This document shows, in pieces, positions 10,325 to 18,345 of a stretch of 47,231 bases of DNA. The position numbers were made by a program, and so were the translations under genes. The notes beneath the pieces were generated by a model that searched no databases, was not told the DNA's origin, and saw nothing but the letters and a program-made list of their open reading frames with translations. This DNA comes from Promethearchaeota archaeon. Lineage in GTDB: Archaea > Asgardarchaeota > Lokiarchaeia > Sigyniarchaeales > SOKP01. The first letter of the stretch is position 1. The number at the start of each line of letters is the position of its first letter. The stretch spans positions 1-47,231 of the forward strand of contig RDOE01000018.1 of assembly GCA_011364975.1 (NCBI GenBank), written 5' to 3'.

Positions 10325-11626
10325 TTATATTCCAGTCATTTTGTAAAGCTGACGCATTGCCATACTTAAAATATAAAGCTGAATTTGGCGGGATCCACCT
10401 ACAATTTCCTGGATTCTCGATATATTTAAAAGATCATGCATTAAAGTATTATCACAGAGCCCAGCGCCTCCCATTAAGTTAGCTGCTTCATAACATATAT
10501 CTTTAGAGAGTGCGCATGTATGATATTTAAGTTGGCTTGCTGCTGCTACCATAGCCTGAGACATATTTTTTGGAAGTTCTCCACCAAACTTTTCAATCGC
10601 AGCATCATATTTTTCCGTGAACCTTAAAAGACCTTGTGTGACATTCATTAATTGAGCCCATAAATCAGTTAATAAGAATCCTACTCCTTGAAACTTCAAG
10701 ATCTCTTGGTCAAATTGCTTTCTATTATTAGCATAGATAGATGCGAATGCTAAAGCATTCCAACATTGAGATGTAGCATCAAGGGCGATCCCAATTCTCT
10801 CAGGAACTAAGCCTTCAAATAAATGCTCACGACCTTTACCGATTCCACCTAACACATAATCTTTAGGCACATGCATATTATTGAAATGCTCATGACCAAT
10901 CCATACTTTTGGAACCCAGGGGATTAGTACACGATCGCAACTCCATCCATCCCATGACGTATCCACAAGAAATTGAGCCATAGTATTTCCGTTATTTTGT
11001 TCTCCTGTGGCATACATTACTACATAATCGGATTTTGGAGCATTAGTATTATAAATTTTCTCCCCATTTATTATAAAACTACCATCATCGTTCTCTTTAC
11101 AAAGAGTTAGTTGGTGAACCGCATCTGAACCACGCTCAGGTTCAGTTATAAGGATTGCCCCAGGGGTAACACCAGTTACGAATTTCTTTAAAATTTCTAA
11201 CCTTAGTGGTATCCCTTCATGATGGAAGTATACCGGATTAATCGCGAGTATTGTAGCTCCACCTGCCATGGAGAATTGAGGATCAAAGAAACTGAGGGCT
11301 AAACACCTCATAAGCTCGATAGTTAAACCATAATCTTCAAAATTCATATCTATTTCGGAATAGGGATGAGCTCTTGAAATCAACCCTTCCTTTCCAAAAT
11401 CAGGAATCCAATGATAAAATTCTTCATTGGGAGCGTGAGTGATCTCATTTTTCTTTTCATATCTAACACAGAACTTCTGAGCTGATTTAAGAAAATTCAT
11501 TTGATTTTGCTCTAAAACCGTCATTAAGTTAGTATTTAAAAAAGCATACCGGTTTTTCAAGCTCATTTTTTCAAGAATTTCCTCATTTATTGCTCGATCC
11601 ATATATTTTGTTTTTTTCTCTTCCAT
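10325..11626 (-). CDS. Acyl-CoA dehydrogenase family protein (paralog of 7948-9243)
   Basis: Same motifs; long identical stretches such as GAILITEPERGSDAVHQLT and GKGREHLFEGLVPERI. Confidence 0.92.
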   Translation of the reverse strand: MEEKKTKYMDRAINEEILEKMSLKNRYAFLNTNLMTVLEQNQMNFLKSAQKFCVRYEKKNEITHAPNEEFYHWIPDFGKEGLISRAHPYSEIDMNFEDYGLTIELMRCLALSFFDPQFSMAGGATILAINPVYFHHEGIPLRLEILKKFVTGVTPGAILITEPERGSDAVHQLTLCKENDDGSFIINGEKIYNTNAPKSDYVVMYATGEQNNGNTMAQFLVDTSWDGWSCDRVLIPWVPKVWIGHEHFNNMHVPKDYVLGGIGKGREHLFEGLVPERIGIALDATSQCWNALAFASIYANNRKQFDQEILKFQGVGFLLTDLWAQLMNVTQGLLRFTEKYDAAIEKFGGELPKNMSQAMVAAASQLKYHTCALSKDICYEAANLMGGAGLCDNTLMHDLLNISRIQEIVGGSRQIQLYILSMAMRQLYKMTGI

Positions 11627-11887
11627 TTTTTACACCCTTTTTAAAATGAATACTTTATTATTAGAGAAATAGTATTACTTGAAAAAATATGAGTTAACTT
11701 TTTAATTTTTTTAATAATTATTGTAAAAATCAGAAATTTTAGTATTTATTTTAGAAATTTTAATAGAAATCGTACATATAAGAGTAGGTTTAAACCATCG
11801 ATATATCGTATATTTATAAAAGTTACTAATAAATTCAATAAAAAAATGCTACGAGTGGTGTATTTAATTAATGAATTAATTGATATT

Positions 11888-12634
11888 TTATAGAATTAAT
11901 TTCTTCATCCTATTTGAAAACTTTTTTGAAATAATAAGTGCAGTCTCAAAGGGGCATTTCTTTTTAAATTGGATTACCGAAATAAAATTATCAATTCCAA
12001 CTAAAGAAAGAATTCCATAATCCTCTAGTGAAATTAATTCATTTATGCGTGAATTACCTATTATGAACCTACTTTCTAATAGCCTAATAATATCTGAAAG
12101 TACATTTACGTTAAGATATGAAACAATGACTCTTCCTGTCTGAGTTAAAAGTGCAGAAGATATGACAAAAGGAGAAAAAGTGTGTAATTCCTGAATTACA
12201 TCCATTAGATCTTTTTGTATATCTTGCGAAACTAGTTGTTTACTTTTTTCCATTATTTCATCAACGTTTTTCTCAAACTCTTGGTATTTTGAGACTTCAC
12301 CATCAAATTTTTCAGTTAATTGACGGAGATCAAACTTTCTTAAGAATTCATCCTTAATTTCTTTTAATTGGTTTCTTAATTCCACTAAATTGTCTGTTCG
12401 ATCAGAAAATAATGCAAACATAAGTTCACTTGAATCTGCTTTTTCAACTTCAAAAATAAATCGATATAGTCCCACTTCAATTTCAGATAATTCTTTAGTT
12501 TTAAGGGTTTGTTTAACGAATGAAAAGATCGCACTCAAGAAACTGCTGGTTAATTTAATATTAAAAATATCTTCATAAGTCTTATAAAAAATCAATTCTC
12601 CGGTGGATTTCATTATGAAGATATTTTTTATCAT
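11888..12634 (-). CDS. Longin-like plus roadblock/LAMTOR-like two-domain protein
   Basis: N-terminal IKNIFIMKSTGELIFYKTY...SSFLSAIFSF (longin-type beta-beta-alpha); C-terminal VISSALLTQTGRVIVS (roadblock-type). Confidence 0.7.
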   Translation of the reverse strand: MIKNIFIMKSTGELIFYKTYEDIFNIKLTSSFLSAIFSFVKQTLKTKELSEIEVGLYRFIFEVEKADSSELMFALFSDRTDNLVELRNQLKEIKDEFLRKFDLRQLTEKFDGEVSKYQEFEKNVDEIMEKSKQLVSQDIQKDLMDVIQELHTFSPFVISSALLTQTGRVIVSYLNVNVLSDIIRLLESRFIIGNSRINELISLEDYGILSLVGIDNFISVIQFKKKCPFETALIISKKFSNRMKKLIL

Positions 12635-12864
12635 GATGATTCATAGTTCGGTTTTATAATAGGTTTATAATAGTTTTGGTTTAAAAATTCTTGTATAAAT
12701 ACAATTATGGATTGTAGCGCAACAAGGGTAAAATTTTGATCTAAAAAGTAAATCAAATTACTGCAAATAAGATAATATTATGGATTAAATCTCGGGACTT
12801 TTTGACTAGAACAATTTTAAAGAGTTCAATTAGAAAAATCGTTTAAAAAATAGGAATAAAAAAG

Positions 12865-13611
12865 TTAAAATCCATCAAATTTGGACCATTCATCGTCATC
12901 TTCAAATTCTTCTTCCTCTTCATCATAATCTTCTGATAAATCTTCTTTGCTGGTTTCTGTATATTCTTCTTCAAGCTCATCATAATCTTCATCAAAAGTA
13001 ATTGCTTTTTCAAGATCAGCAGATACTCGTCCTTCTGCAACTGTAATTTCAGGCATCTCTTCTCTCTCAAATTTCTTCTTTTCCACTAATTTCAAATAGT
13101 CTCCATGAATTTTGATCGTGATCGGGGTTTCTTCTTGGAGCAGCCTTACAACTACTTCTTCACTACTTGACGTGTCATGAGGCATTCTCATTACAATTGC
13201 CCTTGATCCTTCAAATACTCCACTAATTATCTCTACAGTATCACCTTCTTCAAGATATTCAGTCACGCTTCTTGGAAGGAGTACATGTTTCAATTCTGTT
13301 AATTTTATGTTCTGAACAATCCTTCCCTTGATATGAGGGATTCCTTGGACGGCTATCTGCACTTGCCTTTTGGTGGGCGCCTCGAAAAAGACATATCCTG
13401 GCAATAAAGGGCTTACGAGCATCGCTCGAATATCTGGTACAACATCCAAGATTTTAAACCGATAGAATATTTGTCTTAGGATGTTACTCTCTTGATTGAT
13501 GGTGGTACGTACTGCAAATAATGTCGTTAGATCCTCTTTTGTTTCATTATCATCTGCAATGATATTATTTTCTCCCAAATTTTGGTTTTCTCCATTATCT
13601 TGATCCACCAT
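12865..13611 (-). CDS. spt5: Transcription elongation factor Spt5 (NGN + KOW) with acidic extensions
   Basis: FAVRTTINQE, LPGYVFFEA, KOW motif EGDTVEIISGVFEG. Confidence 0.92.
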   Translation of the reverse strand: MVDQDNGENQNLGENNIIADDNETKEDLTTLFAVRTTINQESNILRQIFYRFKILDVVPDIRAMLVSPLLPGYVFFEAPTKRQVQIAVQGIPHIKGRIVQNIKLTELKHVLLPRSVTEYLEEGDTVEIISGVFEGSRAIVMRMPHDTSSSEEVVVRLLQEETPITIKIHGDYLKLVEKKKFEREEMPEITVAEGRVSADLEKAITFDEDYDELEEEYTETSKEDLSEDYDEEEEEFEDDDEWSKFDGF

Positions 13612-13793
13612 TATTTCACACCATTCCTTATTGAATTATCCTTAATTTAAATATTTATTAAAAATTTATTATAAAAAAAGTCTAAGATCTAAAGGAAATG
13701 CTAAATTATAAAATTTTGGGTTCTTAATAGTCTAATATTTAGTAAGCTATATATCAAATCATTTTTATTATCCAATTAAATTCAATGATTCAA

Positions 13794-14162
13794 TTATAAC
13801 GGAATTCGATTTATATCTAAAATTTCTGGAATTTTTCTGTTTCTTTCAAGCCACTGAATTTCTGCGCTGGTATAGCGCCAACTAATTTCGCACTTATCAT
13901 CTTCGAAATCCCAAGGATTAACAATTATAAGATCTCCTTGGCGAATCCATACACGTTTCTTTATCTTTCCTCGAATTCTGCCGATTCTACTTTTTCCATC
14001 CTCACAAAAAACTCTCATTCGATCATTTCCTAAGATATCAGTGACCCTACCAAACATTTCTCCCATTTTTCTAGAAGGAAACTTGACTCGAGTTATTACT
14101 GGTTCTTCAGTACTAGCTTTTCCTTTTCCTTTTTTACTTTGAGTTGGTTTTTTTTTTGCCAT
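13794..14162 (-). CDS. eif1a: Translation initiation factor aIF-1A
   Basis: GRVTDILGNDRMRVFCEDG, RIRGKIKKRVWIRQGDLIIVNPWDF, RYT. Confidence 0.95.
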   Translation of the reverse strand: MAKKKPTQSKKGKGKASTEEPVITRVKFPSRKMGEMFGRVTDILGNDRMRVFCEDGKSRIGRIRGKIKKRVWIRQGDLIIVNPWDFEDDKCEISWRYTSAEIQWLERNRKIPEILDINRIPL

Positions 14163-14195
14163 AGTTATCCATTTGTATTATTATTTAAATTTATA

Positions 14196-14531
14196 CTATA
14201 TTTTATCTTCTGGTTTATATTCTCCTTTGATAAAAATTATTTTAATAGATTTATTGGAATCATTTCGAATATTATGCATCTCTTTGGGCTCAACTAAAAA
14301 CACAGTACCCTGTGGAGCAGGAAATTCTTTATCATTGATAATCATTATACCATCCCCTTCTGTAAAATAAAATGTTTCGTCTACAAAGTTATGTCCATGA
14401 GAGTTTTCTGCCATTGATTCTCCGGGATTTAATAAAATAACACCCCAATCTATACTGGGACCTCTCATTAAATATTTAACTCCAGAATTTCCGCCTCTGT
14501 ATTCCAAATCATTTTCATTAATTTGCTTCAG
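14196..14531 (-). CDS. Cupin-domain protein
   Basis: HGH...DETFY..EG.G and EPKEMH cupin motifs. Start extended from TTG 14507 to CTG 14531, which follows SD AGGTGA. Confidence 0.82.
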   Translation of the reverse strand: MKQINENDLEYRGGNSGVKYLMRGPSIDWGVILLNPGESMAENSHGHNFVDETFYFTEGDGIMIINDKEFPAPQGTVFLVEPKEMHNIRNDSNKSIKIIFIKGEYKPEDKI

Positions 14532-14695
14532 TTTAGTTCACCTTTACTCTTATATAGTATATAACACAAAATATCTATTTTTCATTAAAAATCTTTTCAT
14601 ATAATCTACATTTACATACAATCCAAATAATTAATTACCGTTGTAAATTATTGAGGATTAACTAAATAAAAGTTAAAAAGGGTTACAAACTAATT

Positions 14696-15889
14696 TTGCA
14701 GATAATTCCATCATTCAATTTCGCCAGTATACCTAATATTATATTCGGACCGGGCAAAATAGCTGAGCTTTATCACATTATCCCCCGATTCGGGAATAAT
14801 ATCCTATTTGTTACTGGAACAAGGTCAATTAAAAATTCAGGAAAATGGGATAATATAATCTCTGAAATTGAGGAAAGGGGTTTTAATTTTTGGAATGTGT
14901 CTGTAAACCATGAACCCTCACCACAATTAATAGATGAAGTAGCTACCAAATTCAGAAATAAAAACATAGATTTAGTAGTAGGTATTGGTGGAGGTAGTGT
15001 GACTGACGCCGGAAAAGCTATTTCAGCAATGCTTCCAAAAAATGATTCAATAAAAAATTATCTTGAAGGAATAGGTTCTAAACTCCATGATGGACAAAAA
15101 ATTCCATACATTGCAATACCCACTACTTCAGGTACAGGAAGCGAAGCAACAAAGAACGCAGTGATAAGCGAAATTGGCCCTAATGGGTTCAAAAAGTCAC
15201 TTCGACATGACAAGTTAGTTCCAGATTATGCGATAATCGACCCTGAGTTTATGTTATCATGTCCACCCACAATTACAGCCGCTTGCGGAATGGATGCATT
15301 TACCCAACTATTAGAAGCTTATGTTTCTTCTAAGGCTAATGCAATGACTGATTCCTTAGCCTATAGTGGAATGCAACATATAAAGGATGCTATAATTCCT
15401 GCTTGCTCTACTAGTGCTTTAGATATAAATGTTAGAACTAATATGGCTTATGGCTCTCTTATGTCTGGAATAACGTTAGCTAATGCAGGACTTGGGATTG
15501 TCCATGGATTAGCTTCTCCCATTGGAGGATATTTCAATATTCCTCATGGAATTGTATGTGGAACACTTCTTGCGCAGAGTACTAAACAAAATATTCATAA
15601 ATTGGAAGAATTAGGGTCTCAAGGGAAAAATTTCTTACAAAAATATGCGAAAGTAGGTGCCTTATTGTATAATGAGGAAAGTATTAACGAGAAAGATATT
15701 ATGAAACAGTGTTCTAAACTAATTACAATTCTTGAAAAATGGACGGGTGATTTAAAAATACCCCGTCTTGGAACTTATGGGCTTTCAGAGAATGACATTG
15801 ATAAAATCATAGAAGGGACAGCTCTTAAAAATAATCCTGTCGTACTTAAAAAAAGTGAAATCAAGCATATAGTATTAAGCCGGCTTTAA
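14696..15889 (+). CDS. Iron-containing alcohol dehydrogenase
   Basis: GGGSVTDAGKA, PTTSGTGSEAT, DAFTQLLEAY, GIVHGLA, PHGIVC. Confidence 0.92.
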   Translation: MQIIPSFNFASIPNIIFGPGKIAELYHIIPRFGNNILFVTGTRSIKNSGKWDNIISEIEERGFNFWNVSVNHEPSPQLIDEVATKFRNKNIDLVVGIGGGSVTDAGKAISAMLPKNDSIKNYLEGIGSKLHDGQKIPYIAIPTTSGTGSEATKNAVISEIGPNGFKKSLRHDKLVPDYAIIDPEFMLSCPPTITAACGMDAFTQLLEAYVSSKANAMTDSLAYSGMQHIKDAIIPACSTSALDINVRTNMAYGSLMSGITLANAGLGIVHGLASPIGGYFNIPHGIVCGTLLAQSTKQNIHKLEELGSQGKNFLQKYAKVGALLYNEESINEKDIMKQCSKLITILEKWTGDLKIPRLGTYGLSENDIDKIIEGTALKNNPVVLKKSEIKHIVLSRL

Positions 15890-15901
15890 AGTAGAAAAAT
15901 T

Positions 15902-16423
15902 TTATCCATTTATTGTTTTTAATAATTTTCTTGCTAATAATTCAAATGCTAATTCTACATTCATACCAGTTTTACTTGAAACTTTGATATAATCAAATAA
16001 ATCATATTGTTCTTTAACTTGTAAAGCATATTCATCACGAAAATTAATCGAATTTACCAAATCTGATTTAGAACCAATAAATAGGATTGGTAATTTATAA
16101 TTTTCGGAACGACATATTTCAACCCACTCGCCTACATGTCCTAATGTTTGGATACGTGTCAGATCAAAAAGAAGCAAAGCCCCTTTTGCACCCATCGCAT
16201 AATTCTTTAATAGAAAACGAAACCGTTCCTGCCCTCCAAAATCCCAAATTTGTAATAATAATTCATTTCCATCGATTATTAATTCTTTTAGATGAAATTG
16301 GACTCCTATAGTCATTTTAGTATCTGCTATGAATTTTCCTTCCACATATCGATGGAGTAGCGTTGTTTTTCCCACTCCTCCCTCTCCAGCAATGATTGTT
16401 TTAAGCACGATGGGTTTTGGCAT
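15902..16423 (-). CDS. Rab-like small GTPase
   Basis: G1 GEGGVGKT, G2 MTIGV, G3 WDFGGQ, G4 variant SKSD, G5 SSK. Confidence 0.92.
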   Translation of the reverse strand: MPKPIVLKTIIAGEGGVGKTTLLHRYVEGKFIADTKMTIGVQFHLKELIIDGNELLLQIWDFGGQERFRFLLKNYAMGAKGALLLFDLTRIQTLGHVGEWVEICRSENYKLPILFIGSKSDLVNSINFRDEYALQVKEQYDLFDYIKVSSKTGMNVELAFELLARKLLKTING

Positions 16424-16540
16424 AACAACATCACAGATCTAATAGTTTATTAAGAAGAATTAATAGATAATATCTCTAACTTAGAACTAAGTTATTTGCT
16501 ATTATATTGAAATATTAAAATGTAATAAATTTTTTTAAAT

Positions 16541-16981
16541 TTAATCAAAAACTAGATATTTCTTTTGTTTTAGATAAATTGTGTGAATTCCTTGCTTGTA
16601 CGCCCTTTTTCGTAGATTAGAATCATTAGTTGCTAAATATACACTGCTTTCTTGTGCTTTATAATTTAAACATTCGTTTATTAAAAATTCGTCAGTTGTT
16701 TCATTGAAATTCTTTCTCTTTTCGATGTAATGGATGTTATATTTATCCTTATTCTTTTCTAGATATTTTTTACTTGCTAGTAGATCCTTTTCGAATTGTC
16801 TTGCATTAGGTTCGCGTTTACGTTTAGAATTTAATTCATCTATTATCTGTTGAAAAATAATAATTTTCGATTTTCCTCCTAAATTCATTTCAATATCGTT
16901 TAAATAATCAATTTTAAATTGAAAAGGAAGGAATAAAAAGTTCGAGTCAATTATCACATAATAATCATTCATTGTTAACAA
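16541..16981 (-). CDS. PIN-domain nuclease, Fcf1/Utp24-like
   Basis: IIDSNFL, IIDEL, TDEFLI and LATNDSNLRKRA acidic PIN motifs. The start may be ATG 16972. Confidence 0.85.
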   Translation of the reverse strand: MLTMNDYYVIIDSNFLFLPFQFKIDYLNDIEMNLGGKSKIIIFQQIIDELNSKRKREPNARQFEKDLLASKKYLEKNKDKYNIHYIEKRKNFNETTDEFLINECLNYKAQESSVYLATNDSNLRKRAYKQGIHTIYLKQKKYLVFD

Positions 16982-16999
16982 TATATTAAGAAATAGAAT

Positions 17000-17521
17000 T
17001 TAATAGGTTTGACCTTCTAAGATTTTTTTCGTTAACATATCAAAAGCTTTAGCAACATTTTCACCAGATTTACTTGATATTCGTAAATAGTCGAAAAATC
17101 CAAATTCGTCCTTGAATGAAAGCGCATATTCATCATTCACCATTAATTCATTCTCTAAATCATTTTTGGTTCCCAAAAATAAAATTGGTAAATTTGGGTC
17201 ATTCTTTCTCACGAGTTTAACCCATTGGTCTAAATTTTCTAAGGTTATAGGTCGAGTCAAGTCAAACATCAATAAAGCTCCCTTTGCGCCTAACACATAG
17301 CTTTCTAACAAAAATCTAAACCGTTCTTGACCACCAAAATCCCATAGTTGTAATGTGCAATGAAGGCTGTCAATGTTTACCTCTTTTAAAAAAAATTCAA
17401 CTCCTATCGTCATGCGTGTGTCAGCACTGAATCTTCCTTCCACATAACGATGGAGAAGGGTAGTCTTACCGACGCCTCCCTCTCCTGCTGTAAGGATTTT
17501 TAGTATAAATTTCTTGGGCAT
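17000..17521 (-). CDS. Rab-like small GTPase
   Basis: GEGGVGKT, MTIGVEF, WDFGGQERF, G4 variant TKND, SSKSG. Confidence 0.92.
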   Translation of the reverse strand: MPKKFILKILTAGEGGVGKTTLLHRYVEGRFSADTRMTIGVEFFLKEVNIDSLHCTLQLWDFGGQERFRFLLESYVLGAKGALLMFDLTRPITLENLDQWVKLVRKNDPNLPILFLGTKNDLENELMVNDEYALSFKDEFGFFDYLRISSKSGENVAKAFDMLTKKILEGQTY

Positions 17522-17892
17522 AATATCATTGATTGAATAGTTAATTTTACTTAATATTTGATAATATTGGGCGTCTTTTTGCTGCTTTTTTGCTATTTTG
17601 ATTAATAAAATAGTATTTCTTCTATTATTGAAATAAAATTCATAATAACAAATACTTATTTAATAATAATCTTCTTTTTTTATTCTTTTGATTTACTTAA
17701 ATTTAAATTCATATTATTTTAATATCTAAAAAAATCATAGATTCAATCTTTAAATATATTCATTTTTCGCTACAATCTAAGTATTTTAAATTTAATTTTT
17801 AGATTGGAAAAAAATTCCAAAGATTTAATTTTTATTTTAAAGATACTTATACTTAAACAAAATGAATAATAGAACTAAATCAAAAAGAATAA

Positions 17893-18180
17893 GTGGCAAA
17901 TATGAAGAAGAAAAAACCAACTGAAGATCTGTTAAATAATTTAGGTGTGAAATCTTGGGGAACTTGGGAAAAAGAAAAGAGTATTTTTGATTGGTCTTAT
18001 GATGAAACAGAAACGTGTTATATCTTAGATGGCGAAGTGGAAGTAACGGATTCGGAAACTGGTCAAAAATTAGAATTTAAAAAAGGCGACTTAGTTCAAT
18101 TTCCAAAAGGATTAAATTGTATTTGGAACGTTAAAAAACCAGTAAGAAAATATTATAAATTCGGGGATTTAGAAATATAA
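17893..18180 (+). CDS. Cupin_3 (DUF861-like) protein
   Basis: W..WEKE...FDWSY...ETCYILDGEV, GDLVQFPKG..C.W.V...VRKYY. Confidence 0.88.
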   Translation: MANMKKKKPTEDLLNNLGVKSWGTWEKEKSIFDWSYDETETCYILDGEVEVTDSETGQKLEFKKGDLVQFPKGLNCIWNVKKPVRKYYKFGDLEI

Positions 18181-18345
18181 CAAGGTAATGTTTTATTTTT
18201 TTTTATTCTCTTTAAATCTTCGAAAATTAAATAACTTCTTAAATAATTGATTGATTAGTTATATTCAAAAATAAAATCAATTAAAATATTAAGAAGAAAC
18301 TATCGATTTTACAACTAAAGACTTATTTTACATTCCAGGCTTAAA

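Noticed and set aside
7948-11626. Inverted ACAD pair as a transposon or invertible element
   Set aside because: The similarity is protein-level with many synonymous differences. There is no transposase, recombinase or terminal repeat.
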